Shown here one piece after another: positions 1 through 9,885 of a stretch of DNA of 64,000 nt (the stretch's first letter is position 1; each line of letters starts with the position of its first letter). The position numbers and the translations under genes are program-made. This DNA comes from Escherichia phage 4MG, in sequence record NC_022968.1. One strand, 5' to 3'. The notes under the pieces were generated by a model. The model was given only the letters and a program-made list of their open reading frames with translations, did not search any database and had not been told where the DNA came from.

Positions 1-331
1 CACGGAGAGAAGGGTCATTAACAGACCATCCCCCTGCACCAACACCCCCGGTGCTCTCCGGGGTTGAGTTGGCAGGAACCAGCTTAGGATAAGAACCCGT
101 CCACTGGTACACCTTGTTAGTTGTGCGGTCAATTACCTGGTCCTTAGCGGAGGTCAGCGTACCACCATCCTGGAATGAGAACATACGCATGACACCGAAA
201 CGAGAGAACAGGCTGGACCAAGTGGATTTGCGTGTAGCATCCGACTGGTCAACAACCAAGAAATCACCCTCGAAAGAATCCGTCGCGGTCGGAAGGTCCG
301 AAATTTTGACGGTAGGTAATAGATCTGCCAT
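1..331 (-). CDS. tail fiber-associated protein, 5' part only (CDS runs off window start)
   Basis: ATG at 331 with RBS AGAGGA; N-terminus MADLLPTVKISDLPTA...DQSDATRK is paralogous to N-terminus of 3130..3804 product; not in ORF track because stop lies outside window. Confidence 0.45.
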   Translation of the reverse strand, partial: MADLLPTVKISDLPTATDSFEGDFLVVDQSDATRKSTWSSLFSRFGVMRMFSFQDGGTLTSAKDQVIDRTTNKVYQWTGSYPKLVPANSTPESTGGVGAGGWSVNDPSLR

Positions 332-340
332 TAATTCCTC

Positions 341-3130
341 TTATCTTGTAAGGTTTCTGTACATAGCATACAGCCCAAATCCTCGTAACAGTTCTCCGGC
401 GTGGAAGCCAAAGAACATCCCGTTATCAGTATCTGCACGAGGAGCAACAGACCAGCTACCGTTCATCGGATGATTGGCAGTCAGAATGATGTAGTTCTCC
501 TGGATCAGACTGAAACAACGCTCTGCCACAATGTCGATGTTAGGAATACGAGTACGCATCCCAGCCATACCAAGGATGGAACAACCACCCATGAACAGCG
601 CCGACATATGGCTTGTAAAGTCATCCTCTGGTGCCAGAACAGTACCATCCGGGTTAAAGATGGTTGGTGTACGGCCCTCGTTGTTATCCTGGAACCATTT
701 CAGATAGTCAACCCAGTTCTTAGCCACTGTAAACAGCTTGCTAGGAATGGCTTCTCCACGTTGAGAGAGTTCATAGATACAACGACAAACACAGAAGAAC
801 GCACGAGCCTCATATCCGTCCCAAGCCTTCTCGTTCCAGTGTTTCATGGTGAAGGTATTTGGTTCCCCGTACTTACGGGCATCCCAGCGATCCCAGACAA
901 AGGCCTGAGCCATTGGTCCTGGCATAATAGGATGGAATGTGTTATAGAACCACATCTGGGAGTCATACAGGAAATCAATAGTGCTGTTCAATCTTGTCCA
1001 GTCAATGTTTTGACCTTTGAAGCAATACAGCGTAGGATATTGATACCCTGGGTATGGAAGACCACGCCAACCATCATAGAGCGCCGTGTTAGGGTCACTG
1101 ATGTTGGAGAACGGGATCAGTCCCGGAGTGTAGTACAGGCTGTTAAGTTTGTAGTCGATAATTGTACAATCACCAAGCTTCGCATTGTATGCATTATCAC
1201 CAGAAACCGTGATACGGAAGTACATGGTATAGTCGTCACCACCAGTGGAGGTGTACAACTCTGGGACAGCATTGATACAATACCAGTCGATCTTCGCACT
1301 AACACCGTCAACAGGGTCTGTGTCTGGTGCCAAGTTAATCTGTTTAAGATTATGGAGACTGATTTGGTTAGGCTTAGGATCTGTTTCTGGATGGTCTGGT
1401 TGGTAGCTGCTCAGAACGAAGTTGGAAGGACTCAACTGAAGTGTTGTCCATTCTCCGTTGGTTGCAGGAACCATAGCCCACCATCTCCACAGATTGTCAT
1501 CGGTGATTGTGATGTTAAAATTGTCAGCATAGGAACGGTATGTGAATGCTGAAAGGTCAGCAGTTTCAGTATCTGTCAGCCAGAAACCGATTGTGCAACC
1601 ACCATCCGCATCGGTCACAAGCGTACATGCTTGGTCATTGATTCGCCCAAGAATACCAGTCTGGTACTGGAAGTCAATAACTGTGTTTGATCCCCAATCT
1701 ACAACGATACGTGGATCAGCTACAATGTAGCTACCACCACCGGGAGGTGTTAATCTCACAAAGTTGGACAGAGGGATATCCATAGAAACGATGGAGTCTG
1801 TACCGCGTGGAAGGCCACAACGATAGGTCACCCTACCAGTTTCTGATTTGGTCTTGTTAAGGTCTAGTTCTGGTCTGAACAACAACCCATTCCCTGCTTC
1901 ATCCTTTCCTGAGAACTGGACACGCAGTTTTGAAGTGCCGTCAACACGGAACCAAATAGCCTGCTGTTCAAGAGTTGTCTGTGCTGCCACGTTCTGACGA
2001 ATACCAATATATCCTTCTGCGTCACGAGAATACTGTGGAACGGCTGTTGAAGGATAGGAGTAGTCATAGCTGATCCCATCAGTGAACGGGATTGTAGCGA
2101 ACGTAGATTTACGGAAGAACTTATCGAAACGGTCAATGTCTGAATAGTTATCACAAACAATTAATGAAGACTGCCAGCAAAGCCAGTATTTTCTTTCCCC
2201 GGTGATCTGATACATAACATAGTTCGCATCACACCACCATGTTTCTGCGTCAGAAGCATTGTCCTGGAAACCCATTTCAATCGGTACGTTAACAGGTCGG
2301 TTGTGCCACATGGTGTTTCTACCCATCAGGTATCCACCGTGTTCAACAGGATTACAGGTCGCATAGTTGAACTTGTAATTTCCTGTGATTGTGGTATTCT
2401 TTAACTGAACTGTACCCCATTCAGCCTCAGGGAACCCTTCAGCGAGGATATTACCATCCCAGTCAACCTTACGACCAAGACGATCAATGATCCAGTCAAC
2501 ATCCCACTGAGAGCCATACTCATCCCAGTTGGTGCTTCCGTCAGGGTTCTCTTTGTAGACTGTTGCGTTAACAGAGTTCCAACCAAGGTTTCCGTCGAAG
2601 GCAAACCAAGCCTTGTCCAGATATTCCCCCCAGTGAGGCGCTCCGTGCGGGATCAACGTTTTACCATTTGTCCACGTCATAACGCTACCCTTGAAACCAC
2701 CGTGGGTTGGGTATCCATCATCTGTCAATGGGTAGTGGGCGAGGCGTGGCTCTTTTCCGTTAATGATCCAGTTAGGACGATAAACAGCAGGAGGATCTGG
2801 GATTGGCTGACCAGCAAAGAACCAGTCAATATATGCCTGCCAGTATGCCTCTGCAAGTTCCAAGTATTTTGGATCGTTGGATGCCAGGTAAGCATAAGCG
2901 CACCCAAGGATCAGCACTGACTGACCCTCGGTAGTTGCGTCACCATTCGGTTGAGCTTCCTGTGCTGTCCAGTTGATGAAGTGGCGGTTGTTAGCCAAAA
3001 CATTTTGCAAGTTCAGAATGTAGTGCTGAACCGTAGGATCGATTGTCTCTCCGGTGTTTCTCTGAAGAAACTGAATGTGTCCGTCGATCAACTGAAACAC
3101 ATTATCAATGTTGTGGCTTAACTTTGCCAT
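341..3130 (-). CDS. tail fiber / tailspike protein (929 aa), possible carbohydrate-active C-terminal domain
   Basis: long ORF in tail module next to baseplate genes; size and W/Y/G-rich composition typical of receptor-binding proteins; enzymatic role is inference. Confidence 0.6.
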   Translation of the reverse strand: MAKLSHNIDNVFQLIDGHIQFLQRNTGETIDPTVQHYILNLQNVLANNRHFINWTAQEAQPNGDATTEGQSVLILGCAYAYLASNDPKYLELAEAYWQAYIDWFFAGQPIPDPPAVYRPNWIINGKEPRLAHYPLTDDGYPTHGGFKGSVMTWTNGKTLIPHGAPHWGEYLDKAWFAFDGNLGWNSVNATVYKENPDGSTNWDEYGSQWDVDWIIDRLGRKVDWDGNILAEGFPEAEWGTVQLKNTTITGNYKFNYATCNPVEHGGYLMGRNTMWHNRPVNVPIEMGFQDNASDAETWWCDANYVMYQITGERKYWLCWQSSLIVCDNYSDIDRFDKFFRKSTFATIPFTDGISYDYSYPSTAVPQYSRDAEGYIGIRQNVAAQTTLEQQAIWFRVDGTSKLRVQFSGKDEAGNGLLFRPELDLNKTKSETGRVTYRCGLPRGTDSIVSMDIPLSNFVRLTPPGGGSYIVADPRIVVDWGSNTVIDFQYQTGILGRINDQACTLVTDADGGCTIGFWLTDTETADLSAFTYRSYADNFNITITDDNLWRWWAMVPATNGEWTTLQLSPSNFVLSSYQPDHPETDPKPNQISLHNLKQINLAPDTDPVDGVSAKIDWYCINAVPELYTSTGGDDYTMYFRITVSGDNAYNAKLGDCTIIDYKLNSLYYTPGLIPFSNISDPNTALYDGWRGLPYPGYQYPTLYCFKGQNIDWTRLNSTIDFLYDSQMWFYNTFHPIMPGPMAQAFVWDRWDARKYGEPNTFTMKHWNEKAWDGYEARAFFCVCRCIYELSQRGEAIPSKLFTVAKNWVDYLKWFQDNNEGRTPTIFNPDGTVLAPEDDFTSHMSALFMGGCSILGMAGMRTRIPNIDIVAERCFSLIQENYIILTANHPMNGSWSVAPRADTDNGMFFGFHAGELLRGFGLYAMYRNLTR

Positions 3131-3804
3131 TACTCAACTCCTGCCATAATGAGGGAGCCGAACCATGTGTTCCCTCCGTCATAAGTGACGAACTGGAAGA
3201 TGTCTCGTACCCCGGTTTTATATGAAAGAACTGGTTCTCGTCCATAGTTCCACTTGATGTTGCTAGGCCATGAAACAAGGTTGGCCCCTGTCCCCTGAGT
3301 TAAAGATAACTGGAAGGTTTGGGAAATTCCCTGAGCGGTAGATGGGTTGGTGATACCGACCACACACTGCCCTGATGTCAGGTTAGCAAGGAAGGTATCT
3401 CCAAGTGTCAGGTTGCAGGTTGCAGTCCCCTGGACGTTACCCAGATTAACAACCTTACCTGTAGAACTTCCACCACCGCTTGCACCAAACTCCTGCCAAG
3501 CGTTAGAACTGATACCCCCGGTTGTCGCCGGGGATGAAGACATTGGAATTGTCTTTGGATAAGTACCGTTCCATGTGTAATATTTACCATCAGTTGCGAA
3601 GAAGGCGAGATCCTTTTTGGATTCAAGATATCCTCCCTCAGCAAAGAAAACCACTCTTGTCAAGCTCATCTTGGAAACGATTGTGTCCAAAGAGGCCTTT
3701 CTGGTAGTATCTGACTGATCAGTAACAACAAAATCGCCACCTGCAACGGTGACGGCAGTTGGAAGGTCAGAGACCTTCACTGTTGGAAATGCAACATCTG
3801 CCAT
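3130..3804 (-). CDS. tail fiber-associated protein (224 aa)
   Basis: start overlaps stop of upstream gene; N-terminal motif FPTVKVSDLPTA..GDFVVTDQSD shared with partial CDS at 1..331. Confidence 0.5.
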   Translation of the reverse strand: MADVAFPTVKVSDLPTAVTVAGGDFVVTDQSDTTRKASLDTIVSKMSLTRVVFFAEGGYLESKKDLAFFATDGKYYTWNGTYPKTIPMSSSPATTGGISSNAWQEFGASGGGSSTGKVVNLGNVQGTATCNLTLGDTFLANLTSGQCVVGITNPSTAQGISQTFQLSLTQGTGANLVSWPSNIKWNYGREPVLSYKTGVRDIFQFVTYDGGNTWFGSLIMAGVE

Positions 3805-3814
3805 TATTTACCCC

Positions 3815-4432
3815 TTAGTGGTTACGGTTGATGGACTTACCATCTTCGGTGGTGATGACATTACTCTTGTCATCCATCAGGCTACCGACAGGAATTGGGT
3901 TATCAATATCTGTACCAGCCCAGGTGTTCCACCATGTAGCATCGCCAGTGCGAGGCAGACGGAAGTTGATCAGATAGTAGAGCTTGTTAGCCCACGTAAT
4001 CCAACCATCATCGTCACAAAGAACCGTTGCACCTTCATCAGGGATTGGGTAATAATACTCATCCTGACCAACGAAAGCAAGTCGTACAACCTCTTGTTCT
4101 TTGGTGGTCACTTCGAAGAAGGCCTGATAACTACGTGTGGTCCGATCCATTGAAGAGTGGAACGAAGTGATCTCAAGCACATCAGGCTCAAGTCGGGTAA
4201 CTTCCTTGATCTTATTGTCAAGGACTGTTTTCATTACCTTCTTGCTCAGATATGTTCGGTATGGGAAACCAAAGGTTTCATCAAAATACCAGTTGCCAGC
4301 CCAGATATTAAAACGTAGCCACAATCTCTGACGGAGGCTTGTCTGGTTTGACTCAATGATCTGGAGACCCGTGGAGACATCAAGGTCTCCAGTAACAGGG
4401 TCCATAAGAAGGTCAGAATAAAGAGTAGCCAT
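3815..4432 (-). CDS. putative baseplate protein (205 aa)
   Basis: ORF in tight minus-strand operon between tape measure and fibers; function by position only. Confidence 0.4.
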   Translation of the reverse strand: MATLYSDLLMDPVTGDLDVSTGLQIIESNQTSLRQRLWLRFNIWAGNWYFDETFGFPYRTYLSKKVMKTVLDNKIKEVTRLEPDVLEITSFHSSMDRTTRSYQAFFEVTTKEQEVVRLAFVGQDEYYYPIPDEGATVLCDDDGWITWANKLYYLINFRLPRTGDATWWNTWAGTDIDNPIPVGSLMDDKSNVITTEDGKSINRNH

Positions 4433-4441
4433 TTATTCCCC

Positions 4442-5143
4442 TTATGCGTTTGGTGCGGCGGTGTTGCTCTGACCTGAGCCGTCCGTCCAAGTGTAGTGGT
4501 GGGTGTGGCGCATGAAGTAATCATAAAAGTCATTCATGTTGACACCACGGGCGGTGATCAGGTTTCCATCAGGTGTGATCTTTGCCCCGTTCATTTCAAT
4601 ATTCCCGTCAGTTTTCGCTGTCAAGGTTGCTGCTCCGTTAGTGAACTGCATCTGACCAGACTTATCCACCTTGAAAGTACCAACAGGCCCTGTTAAAGTA
4701 AAAGTCCCATCCGGGGTCATCGAGAAGTGAACCGTGTCATTCCACAACTCGACGTTATCAGGGTCGATTGTCATGGCGTTCCCATCACTATGCACACCAA
4801 TGATTGACCAACCAGGAAATAGTCCATGAGTTGTCGTATCGTTAGCATCACCCTCATTACGTTCGGAGAATGAAAGTCCAACCACGTCACCAGGCTTCAC
4901 AGGAAGCGTCAGGCGAGCTTTTCCACCGTTAGCTGAAGGCATGGAAAGGGGGACATCAAAAACCGCAGGATAAGCGTCTACGGTGCCATCATCGAAGTTT
5001 GTAGATGCAAGGGGTTGTACGGTTGCAGAAGGGATGCTGTAATCAACATCAACAACCCTTGCTCTTAGCCCGGTGTGGATATCACGAGCTTGACGGGCGA
5101 ACCACTGGTTCAAGGCAGCATCCATACGTTGAATTGATGCCAT
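4442..5143 (-). CDS. putative baseplate spike/tail protein (233 aa)
   Basis: ORF in baseplate block; C-terminal His-rich motif HTHHYTWTDG; assignment by position. Confidence 0.4.
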   Translation of the reverse strand: MASIQRMDAALNQWFARQARDIHTGLRARVVDVDYSIPSATVQPLASTNFDDGTVDAYPAVFDVPLSMPSANGGKARLTLPVKPGDVVGLSFSERNEGDANDTTTHGLFPGWSIIGVHSDGNAMTIDPDNVELWNDTVHFSMTPDGTFTLTGPVGTFKVDKSGQMQFTNGAATLTAKTDGNIEMNGAKITPDGNLITARGVNMNDFYDYFMRHTHHYTWTDGSGQSNTAAPNA

Positions 5144-6132
5144 TATTCCTCCACAATGCCACCACGGGTTTCTGCAAGTCCGATCTCAGACACCCAATCG
5201 CCACCTTCAAGTTGGCCTTTGTGAGTAAGATAAACTACCTTGTAGAAGCCTGTGTATTTCTGGCTTTTTAGATAAATTGTGCTTTCTGGGATGATCGCAC
5301 CGTTAAGTTCTGTAACAACAACAAGACCTGCGTCCTCTTTGATTTCAGCACGACTTGGACCTTTATTGGTCTTCGGCTTACTTTTAGACTTCTTCTTTTT
5401 CTCAAGGCGGCGTTTTGCAGGCTCTGGGTTTTGCGGGGTTGGTGAATCATGCATCCCAGATTCAGCACTGATCTCAAACACCGCATTGCGGAATCTCTTG
5501 CCCTGTGTAGTCCAGTACACAGCACCGTCCTGAACACTAAAGGTTGATCCGGTGTTTTTGGCAAGGCGTTCGAGATTGTTTGCAGCGTTACCAGTAAATG
5601 CCATAGACTGCTGAAGGGTCTGGTTACCGAACTTAACCACCTTACCAATAGGTAGTTTAAGGTCTGAAACAAGGTCATTAAGAACCGTATCCAGCGGTGT
5701 CCCCTTCTTGTAAGAACGGGCAGTCTTTGCTGTCATGATGTTGGTTGTTGCATCACCCAAGATCATTTTTGTTTGACGAGTATGACCATCCCACTTATCC
5801 TGAACAAACTCTACAGTCCCGGAGAAGATTGTCTGGTTTTCACCATCGAACCCTGCCTCCAGAACAATAGCAATCGACTCACGCTGGTTAGCATCAAGAT
5901 AGCTTACCGTTTCATCAGACAGGTTGTAAAGGGTGACATACCCTTTGTTAGGGTCTTTTGAGTTATCTTTCTTCACCTCGAACTCGATATTTGCTGCCCC
6001 TGTTTCGTTACTGACAACATAGGCATCCTTCGTGTTCTGGTTGGTGTAGTCAGAAATGTTGGTTGGCTTTTGCCCGATGTATACGGGCTTGCCAATAGTA
6101 AGTCTGAATGTTCGTGTTCTGTAAGAAGGCAT
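5143..6132 (-). CDS. putative baseplate protein (329 aa)
   Basis: ORF with start overlapping upstream stop; position downstream of tape measure. Confidence 0.4.
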   Translation of the reverse strand: MPSYRTRTFRLTIGKPVYIGQKPTNISDYTNQNTKDAYVVSNETGAANIEFEVKKDNSKDPNKGYVTLYNLSDETVSYLDANQRESIAIVLEAGFDGENQTIFSGTVEFVQDKWDGHTRQTKMILGDATTNIMTAKTARSYKKGTPLDTVLNDLVSDLKLPIGKVVKFGNQTLQQSMAFTGNAANNLERLAKNTGSTFSVQDGAVYWTTQGKRFRNAVFEISAESGMHDSPTPQNPEPAKRRLEKKKKSKSKPKTNKGPSRAEIKEDAGLVVVTELNGAIIPESTIYLKSQKYTGFYKVVYLTHKGQLEGGDWVSEIGLAETRGGIVEE

Positions 6133-6134
6133 GA

Positions 6135-6485
6135 TTACTCCTCGTCAGTTAACTCTTCGTCAGGAGATGAATAAAGGAGTTGCAAGTCAGACAAGAATCC
6201 GATATTGTATCTACCAACACGTTTGGTTGACTGTGTAAAAGAAAAGACACGCAGTTGTCCGGATGGGATGTTTTCCAAGTATTTAAACGGAGCAAAGATG
6301 TCAAAAATGGTTGTAAGTTTAAAAGAGATTGTTGGTGTTTGACCAACATCACCAAAGGAAACGAGCCAAGACTCATCTCGCTCGTTCCATTGGAAACGCA
6401 TTTCATAGGTTTGACTGTCCAGAACCACACGCATGGTCTGGTCAGCGAAGCCGTCAATGTCCCATGAGAAAGTAATAGCTGACAT
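6135..6485 (-). CDS. hypothetical tail protein (116 aa)
   Basis: compact ORF, stop/start overlap with neighbours in tail operon. Confidence 0.35.
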   Translation of the reverse strand: MSAITFSWDIDGFADQTMRVVLDSQTYEMRFQWNERDESWLVSFGDVGQTPTISFKLTTIFDIFAPFKYLENIPSGQLRVFSFTQSTKRVGRYNIGFLSDLQLLYSSPDEELTDEE

Positions 6486-7357
6486 TAGTTCCCCACTGCT
6501 TTTTTATAGTCCATGATTGAGCCGTCAGTACCACGAATTTTACCATCTGGGGTAATAGTACCAATGACCTGATCTTGTTTTGTGAAGTTACCTGAATCCA
6601 TAGCCTCAGCAATTTTTTGCCACCCATCTTTATTTGGGCCAGCAAACTTGGTGCGTCGGGCAGTTACTTCAACTTCATTATCTGTTGCGGAAGATTGTTG
6701 AGAACCTTTCTGCTTGGTCTTCCCACCAGACTTTTTAGGATCTGAGTAGACTGTCGCGAGGGCTGTTTTACCAAGGGTGAATGTACGGAATTCCGTAAAC
6801 TCAAGCTGGAATACCAGCGCCGCACCGTCAGAGTTGCTACGTGCAGCCTCCATTGAGGTGAGGATATAGTTCTCAATAATTTTGTCTTCGGTAACCAAAG
6901 TCACAATTTGACGATCAGTAATCAGACGTTCCAAGATCTCCAGAGCTTTTTCTGGACGACGAGAAGCAACCGGGTTCTGGTCATCAGTATCTTTGTCAAG
7001 GTAGTTGTTTTCGATAAGGTAAACAGGAGATGAGTTCACTCTGGCACTGAAGGAGAATTTACCATCTTCAATAACACCGTGGTCACTAAATTTTACCTTT
7101 TCTTCAACAGCATATGATGTCTTGTCAACTGTGCGTGTGTAAGAATGTTGTTCAACAACGTCGAAAATGATCGCGAGGTCGTTGGTGTAGTTTTTGTCCT
7201 TGAGTTCTACGTTTCTACCGCCGTAGTTAAGACCGCTGGCGAAGAGCGTATATTGCACCTCACCGCTGGCTTCCTGGGCTGTGTTGACCTTTTTCTCGAC
7301 GTTAGCCGTGGCCTTGCCCTGTTGCGGTTTGGACTGGTTGTTGGATACAAATGCCAT
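6485..7357 (-). CDS. putative tail/baseplate protein (290 aa)
   Basis: ATG at 7357 preceded by RBS GGGAGGA; directly downstream of tape measure gene and terminator hairpin. Confidence 0.4.
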   Translation of the reverse strand: MAFVSNNQSKPQQGKATANVEKKVNTAQEASGEVQYTLFASGLNYGGRNVELKDKNYTNDLAIIFDVVEQHSYTRTVDKTSYAVEEKVKFSDHGVIEDGKFSFSARVNSSPVYLIENNYLDKDTDDQNPVASRRPEKALEILERLITDRQIVTLVTEDKIIENYILTSMEAARSNSDGAALVFQLEFTEFRTFTLGKTALATVYSDPKKSGGKTKQKGSQQSSATDNEVEVTARRTKFAGPNKDGWQKIAEAMDSGNFTKQDQVIGTITPDGKIRGTDGSIMDYKKAVGN

Positions 7358-7412
7358 GAGTCCTCCCATTATACATGTTACGATTTTATCATAAATCTTG
7401 AGATAAAACAAT

Positions 7413-7436
7413 AAAAAAGGGGCCGAAGCCCCTTTA
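7413..7436. terminator. bidirectional hairpin terminator
   Basis: A-run, GGGGC-cgaa-GCCCC, T-run; just downstream of tape measure stop. Confidence 0.5.
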
Positions 7437-7438
7437 AA

Positions 7439-9832
7439 TTATTGAGGAACACCAAGGATTAGGTTGATGTTACCCATGTTCGCAGCTTCAATCTGCTGGT
7501 CGATCATGTTCTTCATTTCGCCTGCGTCGATTTTGATCGTGATCTCACCGCTCACAGGTTCAGTTGGAATCACCATCGGAGGTGTTGCAGCCCCGGCTGG
7601 TCCAGGAACCATTCCATTCTGGTTCAGATAATCAAGTCTGCGCTGGTCAGTCATTGATCTCTGGCCTGTAATGAAGTCCCAAGCCTGTCCCATCCAAGAG
7701 TTTTTCTTCAGGTTACCACCTGCCGTGGTTTCAGTTCCATAAGTCTTATCGCTGTATTCCTGAGCAGAGTCGAAGACGTAATCTCCCAACAGCATACTCT
7801 CACCAGCGATCAGTGCAAACAAACCACCCTTACGTGCAAGCTTATTGCCAAGGCTTAATCCCTTGCCTTTACCCTTCTTCTTGCCCGGACCATCCTCTTC
7901 ACCACCGCCACCATTTCCAACACCAAAGATATCAGAGATAACCTTCAGTGCAGTGGAGAGACCAGCGATCTTAGTCAGGATGTTAAAGACACGAATAAGT
8001 GCAGAAGCGAAGAACAGAGCACCTACGCCCCAGCCTACCCATTTCCATGCAGAGGAAAGCTCTTCACCGTTCTTACGGAAGATCGGGATATAACGCTCCA
8101 TGATGCCTTGGATCAGGACAAAGGTGTTGTAGACAGTATAGACCATCTCCATAAACCCGGCTGTGAATCCAGCAAAGAATTGACCAAGATTTTGCGCAAG
8201 GGGACCGTTGGAGTCAAGAATTTTTGCGAGTTCGTTAAACGCGCTAGTTAATTCTTCACCAAAGCCACTCTGGAATACCTTGTTCTGGAAGTCCATCCAT
8301 GTTAATGTCAGACGCTGCATTGCAACACGGTTACCTTGCAGGGCTTTCTGAAGCGCACCACCCTTGTTTGCTGCCTCTGAGTAATACTTGGCAACGAATG
8401 GCAAGATTTTCGCAGCCTTCAGTTCACCCTTCTGCATCATGTCCATCATCTTGGTTACATCAATGGTGGAATCACCAAAAGCTTCCTGCGTTGCTTTGAG
8501 GAATACCTGTAGAGAACCAGGAATACCTTCCGCAAGCTGTTGCTTAAGTTCTTCAGCCATGATCTGACCTTTACCCATCATCTGTTGGATCGCAGTAATA
8601 CCACGTTGGTATTTAACTGGGTCAACCTGGAGGGCTGTTGAATATTCAGAGAAGGACTTGAATAGCTCATCGTTTTGTGATTTACTAAGAACACCGTTAG
8701 CGGCAATAGCCATTTGGGTGTAACCCTGTGCAGCAACTTTCAGGTCAAGACCTAAACGGTAGGACTGATCACGAACAAATTTCAGACGCTTACCTGCCTC
8801 TGCGGAGTCATCAGAAACCATCAGCATGGTTGCTTCCATACCCTGGAAGAACTGACCTGTTCTTACCACGCTTGCAGCAGCGTTGAATGCACCGTATGCA
8901 GCAGTTACACTCACCAACGTGCTACGCAGGTTCTTCAGCCCATCAGTCAAGGACAGGGTGTTCATGTTTGCTTTACGAAGTCCGGTCTCCATTGCAGCAA
9001 GTTCAGCACGGAAGTTTGAAGACTTCATGGTGTTGCTGTCAAGGAATCTTTCTTTCAGGGAGTCGAAACCCTTAAGTTTGGTTGCGTAGTTGTCACCATA
9101 TTTTGCACGAAGACGTACAGAGGCGTTGGCTACAGTTGATTCTTTACCTGCAAGATAACGAGAGTAACGAAGGTCTTCTGCCTCTTGTTTCTTACGGGCT
9201 TGTTCACGAGCACGAAGTTGCTCTCTGGATGCTTTCTGCTGTTGGCGTTGAACCTGCTGTTGCATTGCACGGTTTTGACGTGCAATCAGTGCCGGATCAG
9301 ATGCAGTACCACTACCAACCATGCCTGAAGCATTCCCTGATTTAGAACGGCGAGCCAGTTCCTCTTGCAGAGCAGCTTGACGTGCAGCAGAGATAGCGGG
9401 GTTTGTACCATAACCACCACCCGTTTTTTCCATTTGACGTAGACGTGCTTTCAGTCCATTATAGTCAGCTTGGGATTCAGGTGAACGTTTGGATGTCAGT
9501 TGAGCAACAGCTTGTTTTCTACGTGCTCTCTGGATCTTGTCAATTGCTTCACGAGCACGAGCCTCTTTCTTCGCCATAGCAATGTTATGGGCTGTGGTCT
9601 TTGCTTGTTCAGCACGTTCAGTTTGTTGCAGTCTTTTGTTGACAAGGCGAGCCTGCATTGCAGAACGCTTCAATGCTGCCGCTGGGTCTGACTTGCTGGC
9701 AGAGAATGCCTTACCAGCTTTTTCCCACTCAGTTTTCAAAGACTTCACAGCTTTCATGGCACGACCGAAGGAGGTCTTGTCCACGTCCCATGTGACTTTG
9801 TTGACTGTCTGGGTTACAATAATGTTCGCCAT
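7439..9832 (-). CDS. tail tape measure protein (797 aa)
   Basis: long A/Q/K/R-rich coiled-coil protein with Gly-rich segment, located after tail tube/chaperone genes. Confidence 0.7.
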   Translation of the reverse strand: MANIIVTQTVNKVTWDVDKTSFGRAMKAVKSLKTEWEKAGKAFSASKSDPAAALKRSAMQARLVNKRLQQTERAEQAKTTAHNIAMAKKEARAREAIDKIQRARRKQAVAQLTSKRSPESQADYNGLKARLRQMEKTGGGYGTNPAISAARQAALQEELARRSKSGNASGMVGSGTASDPALIARQNRAMQQQVQRQQQKASREQLRAREQARKKQEAEDLRYSRYLAGKESTVANASVRLRAKYGDNYATKLKGFDSLKERFLDSNTMKSSNFRAELAAMETGLRKANMNTLSLTDGLKNLRSTLVSVTAAYGAFNAAASVVRTGQFFQGMEATMLMVSDDSAEAGKRLKFVRDQSYRLGLDLKVAAQGYTQMAIAANGVLSKSQNDELFKSFSEYSTALQVDPVKYQRGITAIQQMMGKGQIMAEELKQQLAEGIPGSLQVFLKATQEAFGDSTIDVTKMMDMMQKGELKAAKILPFVAKYYSEAANKGGALQKALQGNRVAMQRLTLTWMDFQNKVFQSGFGEELTSAFNELAKILDSNGPLAQNLGQFFAGFTAGFMEMVYTVYNTFVLIQGIMERYIPIFRKNGEELSSAWKWVGWGVGALFFASALIRVFNILTKIAGLSTALKVISDIFGVGNGGGGEEDGPGKKKGKGKGLSLGNKLARKGGLFALIAGESMLLGDYVFDSAQEYSDKTYGTETTAGGNLKKNSWMGQAWDFITGQRSMTDQRRLDYLNQNGMVPGPAGAATPPMVIPTEPVSGEITIKIDAGEMKNMIDQQIEAANMGNINLILGVPQ

Positions 9833-9885
9833 TGATTTCCTCTCAATAAAAAAGCCAGGTTCCCGAAAAGGAACCCGGCTTGAGA

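Noticed and set aside
401-1552. 383 aa plus-strand ORF
   Set aside because: Lies entirely antisense to the 929 aa tail fiber gene; Cys/Thr/Val-rich junk-like composition, no RBS; shadow ORF.
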